Source of the DNA: Rebecca billardiae RCC1528
Lineage: Eukaryota > Protista > Haptophyta
DNA length: 32,000 bases
Direction of reading: 5' to 3'
Assembly: GCA_965240325.2 (NCBI GenBank)
Contig: OZ251238.1
Coordinates: forward strand, 1,308,908-1,340,907
Within the stretch, counting starts at the first letter, position 1. Every line of letters begins with the position of its first letter. The notes beneath the pieces are model-generated. The model was not told where the DNA came from and made no database searches. It saw only the letters and a list, made by a program, of their open reading frames with translations. Position numbers and translations under genes: made by a program. This document shows positions 17,720 through 27,903 of this stretch, one piece after another.

Positions 17720-19366
17720 CTAATCGTCAGGTACTACTAGGCCGTCGTCACTGGCCTCAGCAGCAGCAGTCTGCACCGGCGCGGTGATCTCGAACGCACC
17801 GGGTCCGGCCGCGGTCACGAAGAAGCTCGAGCGCGAGATGACGCCACCGGCGCCGTCCGTGTCGTCGGCAGAGGGCTCGCCGACGGCTGCGCGCTCGGCC
17901 GCGAGCGCGCGCGCCCGGCCGTCCGCGAGCGCGCGCGCGTACGCGTCACGCCAGGCGCGCGAGAACTCGTCGGCGCGCTCCGCGTCCACCCACGCCCACA
18001 CCGAGCCGCCAAAGCCCGCGCCGAAAGGGCTCGCCGCGTGCGCGCCGAGCGCGAGCGCGAGCTCCGCGAGCAGCGCCGTCTCGCCCACCAGGTTGCCCAG
18101 CGCCGCCTCGCCGAGCGCGTGCGACTCGGCGGCCAGCCGGCCGAGCGCCGCCCAGTCGCGCCGCGCGAAAGCGTCGGCCGCGCCCGGCACGAGCGTGTGG
18201 CTCTCGGCATCGAACTGCGTGATCCGGGCGCGCAGGCGGTCCGGACTTGGCGCGCCGTCGGCGCGCGGCGCGGCGGCGATGGCCGCGCCCAGCCGCTCGA
18301 TCGCCGCCGGAGACGACGCGAGCGCGTCCGCGAGCGTCCGATCCTGCGCGCGCCCCGTCGCCCGCGCCCACAGCCGCACCGCCTCGGCCGCGGCGCGCGC
18401 GGCGTCATTGTACCGCTTGCGCGCGCCGGCGGCCTTGGCGGCGAGGTGGCCGGACACGCCGACGACGAAGACGGCGCGCGCGTGGGCGACGGGCACGCGG
18501 CGCTCGGTGCGCGTCGGGCAGAACGCGCACTGCGAGAGCTGCCCCGCCGCGCACGTCAGGATGGCCGCGTGGTCCTCTGAGCCGCCAAACGTGCCCACCC
18601 CCGCGTCACCGCCGAGCTCGACCGCCGCGCCGGGGGCGGCGGCGGGGAGGGCGTAGGTCTGGCCGTTCTCGACGCAGCCGAGGTACTCCGCGAACGCGTC
18701 CGTGCGGAAGTCGAGCCGCTCGGCCGAGCCGCTGCCCACCCGCCGCGCCCACCCGAACGCGCGCGCAGGCGGGCTCGTCACCTCCTCCAAGCAGCCATGC
18801 CGCGCGAGCAGCGCGAGCGCGGTGCCGACGACGATGGCGGAGGAGGAGGAGAGGCCGGAGGACGGGGGCAGGTCGCACGCCAGCGCGATCCAGACGCCGC
18901 GTGACAGCCCAAAGTTGCGCGCGAGACGGCGCGCGGTGACGAGCGGGTACACGGCCCAGTCTCCGTCGCTGCCGTCGATCTCGGCCATCTGGGTGGCGCC
19001 GCTCATGAGCGTGCACTCGCGCACGTCGCCGTCCTGCTCGCGGACGACGCGGACGACGGCGTCGTCCCGCGGTACGGTGACGAAGACAAACCCACGCTCG
19101 CACGCCGCGAGCAGGCTCCGGCCGCCGGCGTAGTCCGTGTGCTTGCCGAACACCTCGATGCGTCCGGGCACGTGGAACGCGCGCGCCGGCGCGCAACCCG
19201 CACACCCGTCGCGCATGAGGCGGACGGCGCATGCGGAGGCCATCGCCGCGCGCGACGACGAGGCGGCGGGCGAGAGCCCCCCCGCCACGCACGCGCGAGC
19301 CACGGGCTCGATACCTCGAGCGGCGAGCTCATCCAGGCGCACGCTCGACCTCGCCGCATCCGCCAT
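17720..19366 (-). CDS. Galactokinase-like GHMP kinase
   Basis: ORF 17720-19552; likely start at internal ATG 19366 (MADAARSSVRLDELAARG). FHVPGRIEVFGKHTDYAGG, DLPPSSGLSSSSAIVVGTALAL, GTFGGSEDHAAIL, GAGFGGSVWAWVD are the galactokinase/GHMP motifs. Confidence 0.9.
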   Translation of the reverse strand: MADAARSSVRLDELAARGIEPVARACVAGGLSPAASSSRAAMASACAVRLMRDGCAGCAPARAFHVPGRIEVFGKHTDYAGGRSLLAACERGFVFVTVPRDDAVVRVVREQDGDVRECTLMSGATQMAEIDGSDGDWAVYPLVTARRLARNFGLSRGVWIALACDLPPSSGLSSSSAIVVGTALALLARHGCLEEVTSPPARAFGWARRVGSGSAERLDFRTDAFAEYLGCVENGQTYALPAAAPGAAVELGGDAGVGTFGGSEDHAAILTCAAGQLSQCAFCPTRTERRVPVAHARAVFVVGVSGHLAAKAAGARKRYNDAARAAAEAVRLWARATGRAQDRTLADALASSPAAIERLGAAIAAAPRADGAPSPDRLRARITQFDAESHTLVPGAADAFARRDWAALGRLAAESHALGEAALGNLVGETALLAELALALGAHAASPFGAGFGGSVWAWVDAERADEFSRAWRDAYARALADGRARALAAERAAVGEPSADDTDGAGGVISRSSFFVTAAGPGAFEITAPVQTAAAEASDDGLVVPDD

Positions 19367-19570
19367 TTCTGAGTCGCCCCGGCCAGCGCAGCAAGCCGTC
19401 CGGCTGGCTCCCGCGCACGGGAGCCGAACTTTGTAGCCACTACAGTTGACTAAGAATAAGAGACGCACAGTACAGTAGGCGAAGGTTTGATCCTGATTCC
19501 AGCGGGATCGTGATGCCGACTTTGTGGGGCCGCCCTCCCTTAACTTTCGCAACGCCAGACCTCAAACGGC

Positions 19571-20551
19571 ATGGCAGCGGCGAGCTGCGGCGCGGACGAC
19601 GCGACCCTGTGCTACATATGCTTCGACGACGATCCCAAGCTCCAGGCCGAGCTCGTTGTAGGCTCAATCTGCGCGTGCCGCACGCTAGCCGTTCACGTGC
19701 ACCCGTGCCTCGAGGAGCTCGTCAACCACCCGACACGCGCGCACTGCTCGACGTCCGCGCGGATGACGTGCATGCTCTGCAAAGCGCCAATCAAAGTGCC
19801 GCACACGGTGACATGCGCGGCACGTACGCGAGATTGTCGGTCAGCATCGTTCACGCCCGATGCGTCGAGCGATTCGGCGCAATCCTCGTCGAGCGCCTCG
19901 ACACGCACAGACGAAGAGCCCTGGCGCGCTGCATACTTCTCCAGGGGGCTACGCATTTCAACGAGCGATGACTTGGAGGAGGGCGACCACATGTTTGCGG
20001 TGCAGGCCTGGCTCGTCGCGCTAACGTGTTGCATGTCATTCACCCTAACCGTCTCTTTGCTCGTCGCCTTTAGCGTGTCCTACCCGGCGGCGTGCATCGC
20101 GCTCTTCAGCCTTGGCGGCGGCGCTGGGATCCTCCTGCGGCTGATGGCGCTGCGAAGCCTGAGTCGGGCGGAGCGGGACGAGACGCACGACCGGCGACTC
20201 GAGCGACTCGAGTTTGAGCGGGCGCGCGCGGTGCGTTGGCTCACCCTCGAGCAAACGCGCCGTGCGTCCCAGATGGAGGAGGGCGCCAGTCCACCCAGTC
20301 ACCGCATCTGGCTCGGTCGGCCGGCGAGTGCATGGGTGGCATCGGCGACGGTGTCAGCTGCAGGCTTGTCTGGAGACGAGCTCGCCGCGTCGGCCTCTGG
20401 GACGCTCGACCCAAATCAGACGTCCACGCACGGCCAAACGACTGTGCATGGCAACAGCTGTGAGCACCTGCCGCCTGCATCCAGTGCCCTTCAGCGAGCA
20501 GATGCTGTTGTCGCTTTTGGTGAAACTGCTACGGCCGCGCAAACTTGGTGA
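19571..20551 (+). CDS. RING-CH (RINGv)/MARCH-like membrane protein, putative E3 ubiquitin ligase
   Basis: CYICFDDD...ICACRTLAVHVHPCLEELV...MTCMLCK fits the C4HC3 spacing, followed by two hydrophobic segments (WLVALTCCMSFTLTVSLLVAFSV, YPAACIALFSLGGGAGILLRLMAL). Confidence 0.78.
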   Translation: MAAASCGADDATLCYICFDDDPKLQAELVVGSICACRTLAVHVHPCLEELVNHPTRAHCSTSARMTCMLCKAPIKVPHTVTCAARTRDCRSASFTPDASSDSAQSSSSASTRTDEEPWRAAYFSRGLRISTSDDLEEGDHMFAVQAWLVALTCCMSFTLTVSLLVAFSVSYPAACIALFSLGGGAGILLRLMALRSLSRAERDETHDRRLERLEFERARAVRWLTLEQTRRASQMEEGASPPSHRIWLGRPASAWVASATVSAAGLSGDELAASASGTLDPNQTSTHGQTTVHGNSCEHLPPASSALQRADAVVAFGETATAAQTW

Positions 20552-20640
20552 TGATGACGACGCGTGCACGATCCAACGAGACTTCAGATTGTACTACTAC
20601 TACTGTACAGTACTACGAATGTATACACGCATCTGCGCGC

Positions 20641-20686
20641 GTGCGCGTGTGTGCATGTGTGTGTGTGTGCATGTGTGTGTGTGTGT
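20641..20686. repeat. (GT)n microsatellite
   Basis: gtgcgcgtgtgtgcatgtgtgtgtgtgtgcatgtgtgtgtgtgtgt. Confidence 0.97.
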
Positions 20687-22253
20687 CTAGCCGTCATCGG
20701 AGCGCGCCTGCGCAGACTGCGCTGGCAACATATCCGAGAGGGTGCACGCTGTCACAACAATAATAATGACTCACTACCAGGCGACGCGCGCCGAAACACC
20801 GGGCAGGGAGGAGCCACGACGAAGCGGAGACGAATGATCGCGCGCAATAATCATCAGCTCCTCTTCTCTGAACTTCTCACCGCGACGTACGCGCGGAGAA
20901 CGGCGCCGGAGCTGGAGCTGACAGGAGCAGTCAGATGATGATTGACGAGTCAGCGCCGCTGTCGACTCGGTTCGTAAGCTATAGTCATGCAGTGTCATAT
21001 GATTACGGGGCCCATGTCCATGCTTATCACGTGAACGCCCCGGTCGTCCGAATCGTTAAATCGCGTCATCACCGGTCCCGGACGCACGCGATATCCCGCA
21101 ACAACAAGCAGCTTGAGCTAGCGCTTGCGCGATTGTAATATATATGTATATATACTTATAGTCGACATATGCATATATGTTAGTTATTGTGATTCCATAA
21201 TAAATTACAAGTAGCGTTATAGGGAATCTATATAACTGATCGTCTATGAGCGACGCCAAGAATCCGGCTCGCATGGCATTCCAGCGTTGTCCCGCGCGCT
21301 CCGCCGTCGCGCAGGAGTCCTGGTGCGCTGCCAATCCGGCCCACAGCGGCGCACCTGCAGGACTCGGTTTGTTACTCGCTCATCGGGGCCAAGTTTTCGG
21401 GGCCAAGCTTCGCTCGTGGGGCGCATCGGGCTGCTTGCGACGAAGGCGCCGAGCTGGGCAGGGGGATCGCCTGCATCCGCGGACCACTCAGGTGCACTCT
21501 CCGCCGCAGGAGGTGCACCGGAGGCCGCAGCCCCTCTGCTCGGTAAGGTCGCTGGCTGTCCGTGTGGCTTGATGGCTCCCCGCCTGATCGTTCGGTGGCG
21601 CGACTACCTACATCATCTGTCCTCGCCGCGTCGCCCCTCATGCAACTCGGATGCCCTCTTGCTCTCGCCGCTGTTGCGTCAAACCGCACGCTAACGCTTC
21701 GGCATCGTTTGCCCGCCCGCCCACCCTCTGGCGGATTTGGAATAATGATGGGTTCCATACGCGCACTGTGTCAGCGAGCCATATCAGCGTTAATCGACCT
21801 TGCTCCGTGAGTGACTGACGACTCGCGGGCGCCCTCTCGACGTCGGGCAGCACGGCTCAAACGCGGCGCTGCTGCCAGCGGCAGCGCCCGCTGTAGTCGT
21901 TCCGGTTCGGCTCAAATCCAGCATCAACATAGCTATAACCTGATCACAGTTCCATGACGATCATCGTACGGTCTACCCCAGTCCCCACGACGCCGCGCGC
22001 CACCGACCATCCATGATCCAGCTCCAGTCGTACCCGACACCATACGAGCCGGGCATGGCGGTCAGAGTGGCTACTGTATATACGGGACTCTAACTGCCAT
22101 CGGCTGTGCCCGTCGGCTGTCGCGCCGCCGGTCCCGGATGCGCGGATAATTCGTCGTGACGATGATATATACGCGAATATAATGGCCCGCGGTGCAGGGC
22201 GGAACGCGCAGCGTGGAGCCCGCTCCGTGGGCCCTAACCACGTTTCAATAAGA

Positions 22254-22267
22254 TCTTTGATCAAAGA
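22254..22267. repeat. 14-bp perfect palindrome tctttgatcaaaga
   Basis: Reads identically on both strands. Confidence 0.85.
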
Positions 22268-24076
22268 AAAAAGGGACTGGGCGGTGTTTTCCAGAGTGGA
22301 GGAGACCGAGTTTCGATTTTTTGAGACCTCGTCCTTACGCATGGATTAGCGTCGAAAAAGGGCGCGTCCGCCGTCTTGAATAGTGAACAGAGGAATCAAC
22401 GAAACCCACGCCCAAGTGTGCGAGGCAGGGTAATTGTGGGTAGACTCTCGTTAATGTAGTGTGACCATATAGTAAAATAATATGGCCTCGCCGCCGCAAG
22501 ATGCCAAGAACGACCGTTGACATAATCGATCGTCCAACCAACTCCAATAGTGCGAGACATTGAAAAATACCCGCCGCAGCTATCATCCGTATAGTCGGAG
22601 CGGAGGGGGCGCGCGCGGCGCGTGTCATCCCCGCGTTTTGTACATCCGGGAGACGAGGCGTCGCGAAGGCGACCCTTTATTCGCGCCCCTCGCCGAGCCG
22701 ACCCCCGCCGCCCGGGGGCGGGCTGCTGGGCGCACGAGCGCGAGCTGGCCACCGGCGTGAAGCCGAGGTGGAGCCAACTCGTCCTTCAGCTCGCAGGCGG
22801 CCCGGCTCCTGCGGCCGACCGCCCTGCTCGGGCATCCGCCTGCCTGCTTTGGCGCGGAGGCAAAACCGTACGGCCTAGCCCGCCGCCGCCACGCGGCGGC
22901 CAGTCGGGGTGTCGTGTCGCGATTTACGGGTGCGCGCCTCGCGGGGCAGGTGGCACTGTCCCGCCCGAGCGGTTCCGACCCCCGAAATTCCCTCGCAAGC
23001 GCCCGCGAACGCGGATCCTCGCCGCGGGCTCGCCGGGGCCCATGTGCGTACCCGGGTGCCCCTGTCGAGCCAGTCTGGTGCGAGCACCGAAGGATGGTGC
23101 GGGCCGGGAGGCGTGCTGCGCGACGCCACCGAGGCCGCGGGCCAGCTAGGCACCGCTTGCGCGCCCACCAGTAGCCTGTGGCCCGACCACGCGTTCAATC
23201 GTGGCACCCGATGGCAGTCACGGTGCTCTGCGCCTGCGGCTGGAGCGCGCTGTGCGCTCAGACGCGAGCGGCCGCCAAGTTGCCGGGTAGACGCCGTGTG
23301 CACGCTCTGGCAGCTGCGGATCAGCATCCTGCGAAGCTCCGGCTGCCCCCACCTGAATGCTCGCACCACCCACCACGCGGCCAGCCGGCCCGGCGCGCGC
23401 CGCGCGGCCACCTCACCCGACGACCGTGCGAGCCTTGGGATACTGCGCGTATATATTGTGTGCTCAACGTGGGTGACAGCACAGCTGCGCCGCGGGCCCC
23501 CAACTACGTTGGTTCTGACGGAAGAGGACCGCGGAACGCGGTCATCATACTAATATTAAATTTGGGGCACGCATGCGTGACGACGACGATCGTGCGATAT
23601 GATGATCATGATGATATGACTGCTGGTGATCGCGGTCATCGGTAACGGGCGGTGGCGGGTAGTTGAGTCGTAATGAGCCTAGCTACTGAACCGGCCTGCG
23701 CGGTGTGCCCGAGCCCGACTCGGATCAGATGACGACGACAGCCGCAGCGGCCCCGCCGGCCGCGCTGGCAGAAGGCGCAGTGCGGCATGAGAGATAGAGC
23801 ATGACGAGTGAAGGAGTCGGTAACGCCCGGACCAGATAGCGCGCATCCAACGCCGATGGCCCGTACCCGTGGCCACGAGCGGGAGGTCGGGCATCACGCT
23901 GCGATCGGGCGCACAGGTGGAGGCAAAGCGCGCGCAAGCGTCGCCCAAGCCCCAAAGCCGCGGATGGCTGCCGGCTGACGGCCCACGAGGCGTGTGCTGT
24001 GCAGGGTGCGCTGCCGGTCCGCGGCGGATCCGCCCAGCACAGGTAGGCGGGCACGCGCATCGCCACGACGCGCCGC

Positions 24077-25260
24077 TCAGCACTGCTCCACGAGCACGAG
24101 CAGCTTGATGGCTGTCGTCTGCGTGCCCTCCTCGTTGTCCACGTCAGTGAACTCCGGCCGGCACGTCTGCGCGCGGCGGCGGGCGGCGGCGCGCGCGCGG
24201 GAGGCGTGGCTGAGCGCGGGTGCGCGCCGGTCCGGCGGGGCGGCGGCACGGGGCGCGCGCACGCACCAGGTCGATCCCCTCCTGCTCGATGTACTGCCGC
24301 GCGATCGCGATGCCCTTGACCGCCTGGTTGACCGAGCCTGCCCCAATCGCGACCATCTGAACGCGCTGCGCCTGGCGCGCAGCGTTGGCGATCGCGCCCG
24401 CGAGCACCTTCGAGTCGGTGGCGGCGGCGACCTTGAGGCTCTGCAGGTTGGCCGTCGCCTTGTCGTCGGTCATGTCGCGCCGGGCCTGCGCGCGACGTGC
24501 GCGGGGCGGAGCGGGACCTCGTCAGCCGCGCGCCGCCGCGCGCACGAGCGCGACCGGCCGCCGCGCGAGCACCGCCTGCAGGGGCGATCGGCGTCTCTCT
24601 GGCGCAGGTGGCGCTGTGAGCGCTGCACGCCCCGCTCGCGCTCGCGGGCCCGGGATGGCCGTCCGTACGCGGCACTCGGCGCTGCCTCGGCAGCCGGGCC
24701 ACGCAGCATGCGTGCAGCACTGCCGCGCGGCCCGCCGCGCGCTCCTGGCTGCGGCTGCGGACGCGTCTTAGCGCGCACGGCTCACACCTTCTTCACGATC
24801 GGCATGGACAGCCCGGAGGAGTCGGAGTTGTCGAGGTGGATGAACTCCGGCTGGAACGCGATGTCCACGTCCTCCGACAGCTTGAGGTACGTCCGCGCGA
24901 TGCAGATCGCTTTCTGCGCGGCGAGGCGAGGCGCAGCGAGCGGACAGGCGAGAGCGCGTCAGGCGCACTCGCGCGTGCGCGCCGCGCGGTGGGTGCGTGC
25001 GCGCGCGCACCGTCGCCTGGTTGGTGGACTGCGGGCCAACTGCCATCAGGCACGGGCACTCGACCGGCATGCGCGCCTGCGCCGCGATCAGCTGCGCCGT
25101 GTCGCGCGGGTTGGTGTGAGCCCCGATCTTGGTCAGGTTGTTGCCGCGCGAGATGCGCTCGATGAAGTCAGGCAGCTCGCCCGCGTCGGTGCGCTCGCGG
25201 AGGTCACCGCGGGTGTACGGCGCGTCGCGCCCGCCACCCTCGCGCCCGCCGCCCCCTGCG
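24077..25260 (-). CDS. Protein with two tandem SpoVS/Alba-superfamily-like domains, spliced. Exons: 25011-~25250 (5' boundary unresolved), 24788-24913, 24267-24485, 24077-24166
   Basis: Spliced domain 1: LTKIGAHTNPRDTAQLIAAQARMPVECPCLMAVGPQSTNQAT|KAICIARTYLKLSEDVDIAFQPEFIHLDNSDSSGLSMPIVKK; domain 2: LQSLKVAAATDSKVLAGAIANAARQAQRVQMVAIGAGSVNQAVKGIAIARQYIEQEGIDL|TCRPEFTDVDNEEGTQTTAIKLLVLVEQC*. Matches the SpoVS pattern 'LKVs...sP..VAgAia......v...aIGaga.NQAvKaiAiAR.....g.dl...P.F..........ta.kl.v'. All three introns GT-AG and phase-consistent. Confidence 0.82.
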
Positions 25261-25889
25261 CACGCCAGCCAGCAGCCGAGGACGCGCGGGGATGCGCCGA
25301 CGCGCTTGAGCAGGTGCGCGCGCGCCACGCGCCGTACGCAGCGGCGCGTGCGCGGGGCGCGCTCTCGGCGAGGCATGCACGGCGCGTGCAAGGACGAGCG
25401 GTGCACAGGGGCGGGCACACACGTCGAGTCGTGCGCATCGCCATGGTGAGGACGAGATGGGCGAGTGGCGAAGACGATGGAGGATGCGCCCACTGTCGCG
25501 GGCGTTGAGCCAAGACGCCAGCTGCGCGGCTGGCGAGCGGCGCCCCCGCGGCAGCGCGCTGTTGCAGACGGTTACTTACAACTGCATGTCGTCATACGAG
25601 CTGCCAGATACGGATACCGTACCGCGCGGGTAACCGGTAATGCGTCCGTGGCGTATTCCGCACTATGACTAGCACGGGCCGGCGCCTCCAGCACTCTGCA
25701 CTGTCACTGCAAGCGGCACCCGCCACCACATCCGCTTGCGCGGTTGCGCCCACACACTCATCACAGCTCACTCGTCTCTCGTCTCGTCTGAGCAGCCACC
25801 GGCCCGGCGATATTAAGGGGGCCAGCCCGCATTGCACTCAACAGTCGCGGCCGGTGGCGGTAGTAAATTTTAATCCGCCCCGCGCCTGC

Positions 25890-27606
25890 TCAGTCGCCGA
25901 ACATGTTGTCTGTCGGCACGAGGAAGGTGTGCACGCTCTGGTCCTTGTCCCAGCAGCGGAAGTCCTGCCGCCCTTTGCTCTTGATCTGGTCGGACGCGGC
26001 CACCAGCTTGTCGTACCCCTGCCACGCGAGGCCCTGCGTGTGGCGCGCGGAGCGGGCGGCGCGGCCGCGCGGCGGCGCGGTCGGTCGGCTGACGGTCGGA
26101 GCTCGGCGGTGGCGCGCGCCGCGCGCCGCGCCTCTCGCTGGCGTGCCCGCGCGGCCGCGCCCCGCGCCGCGCACCTCGATGTTGCAGTACACCTTGCGGC
26201 ACTCGCCGTCGCGCGGGAAGTCGTACACGCGCCCCTCGCTTAGCCTGAAGTCGGACGGCAGCCCGCCTGAGCCGAGCTTGAGCTTGCCAAGCCACACGGC
26301 GGCGGACTCCTGCGAGGCGATGGCGACGCCCACTTCGGTAGAGCCCTCCGTCTCGTCGAGCGGGCGCAGCGCGATCGCGGAGAAGTCGACGAACGCCGCG
26401 GTGCGCGGCACGTCGATCGTCGCGACCGACGCCCAGATGCAGCCGTCGCTCGCGTTCGCGGCCGGCAGCGCGTCTGTGAGCGAGCGCCGCCGGCGGTCGG
26501 GCGCGCTCGGCGCAATGGCCACGTGCTGCTTCTCCATCACGATGATGCGCCCGTTGCCCGCGTCGCGCCCCTCCTTCCCGCCGGCGCAGTGGTTCCCCTC
26601 GCACAGCCCGAGCAAGTACCCCCCGTCCTCGTTCGGCGCACCCGGCACCGGCAGCCATGCTGCGCCCTCGAACCCCTTGTTGGCGCACGAGAAGACTTGC
26701 TCGGTCGCGCACGGCGCGTGCGAGAGCGTCGCGGTCTTCACGTCGTGCTCGTGGGTGGAGGGCAGGCTGAGCTCGCGCACCACGCCGCGCAGCGAGCCGT
26801 CCTCGTGCTCGGCCGACTCCTGCGCGCTCAGGCCGGTGAGCCGCACCCACGCCCAGCCGCGACAGGTCGATCGGACGCGCGCGCGCGTGCGCGCGGAGGT
26901 GGGTGTGGGCCGTCAACTCAGGCGCGGCGCGCGGAGTGGCCAGTCCGCCACGACGCACGCCCGCGCCCCGCCGCCGCGCCGCGCGCACCTGCAGCACGAA
27001 GAACTTGTCGCGCGCGCCGTCGTACGCAATCGCCTCAAACTCCGACTTGCCGCCGTCGTCCTCTGGGTAGTCGATGAGCGCGTTGGTGGCGTGGGCCTGG
27101 TCGTACTGGAGGAGGGAGGAGAAGCGCGCGATCGAGCGCGCGTTGTCGAACACCACGTAGTACTCGTGCTGCGGCATGCCCGCCGCGTGCTCCGTCGCGC
27201 CCGGCTTGAGCTTCATCTCACGGCCGATCACGTCCGACGCCTCGAACGTCTTGAGCACGTCGCCGGTGGCGAGCTCGCGCGAGGCGCTGAGGTGCAGGAG
27301 GCGCATGACAGGGGCCTCGTGCACCAGCTTGAGCGTCTGCTGCGTGAAGTCGGGCGAGCCGCAGTCCTTGTCGTGCGCGGCCGTCGCGCCGCTCGCGGAC
27401 CTCTTCCCGAGCAGCGAGCTGCCGTGTGCCGCCGGCGCCGAGACCCACGCGCCGATGAGCGCGCCCGCGCCGACGAGCGCCGCGGCGGCGAATGCGCGGC
27501 GCACCAAGCCACGCCGCGCGCCGTCGGCGCGCCCCGCGCCCCCCTCCGCCTGCTGCTCGCGCAGCAGGTGCACCCGAACCGCGGGCGACGAGACTGCCGA
27601 CGACAT
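25890..27606 (-). CDS. Three-exon type II membrane protein with predicted propeller-like (esterase-like/phytase-like) ectodomain. Exons 26989-27606, 26175-26819, 25890-26033
   Basis: Splices join in frame: ...YDGARDKFFVLQ|ESAEHEDGSLRGVV... and ...RKVYCNIE|GLAWQGYDKLVAASDQIKSKGRQDFRCWDKDQSVHTFLVPTDNMFGD*; total 1407 nt = 468 aa. One TM segment FAAAALVGAGALIGAWV. Propeller assignment is from motif feel only (FEAIAYD..., EGLAW..KLVAASD). Confidence 0.72.
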
Positions 27607-27903
27607 ATTTTTCGCGCCGATCGATGGGCACTGGCTTCCGCCCGGCGAGGCCGCCGACTCGAGCCCGGGAGGCAGGCTGGACAGCTGCTTTCGGGGCGAC
27701 GAGCGACCCTCGCCGGCGGCCGGGACCGGTGCGCAGCAGTCACAGCCCTGGCCGGTGCAGGCGGTGCCAAACCGCCTGCTATGCCTGATTGGTTGCGTGC
27801 TGCTGGGCCCAGTGCCGGGTCCGCGTGGCCGCGCGAACGACTGACTGACATGACAGACCCTTCGGCGCGGCGGCCACGCGGACGGCCGAGTCGTGTGCAA
27901 GTT

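Noticed and set aside
22300-22325. U5 snRNA-like 3' element (attttttgag)
   Set aside because: The invariant U5 loop GCCUUUUAC is absent upstream, so I do not annotate a U5 gene; only left as a low-confidence structured-region finding.
26820-26988. Continuation of the 676-aa ORF 25870-27900 through this segment
   Set aside because: Frame turns into Arg/Ala shadow after FFVLQ; splicing at cag|gtgcgc and gcgcag|gagtcg restores a protein-like frame.
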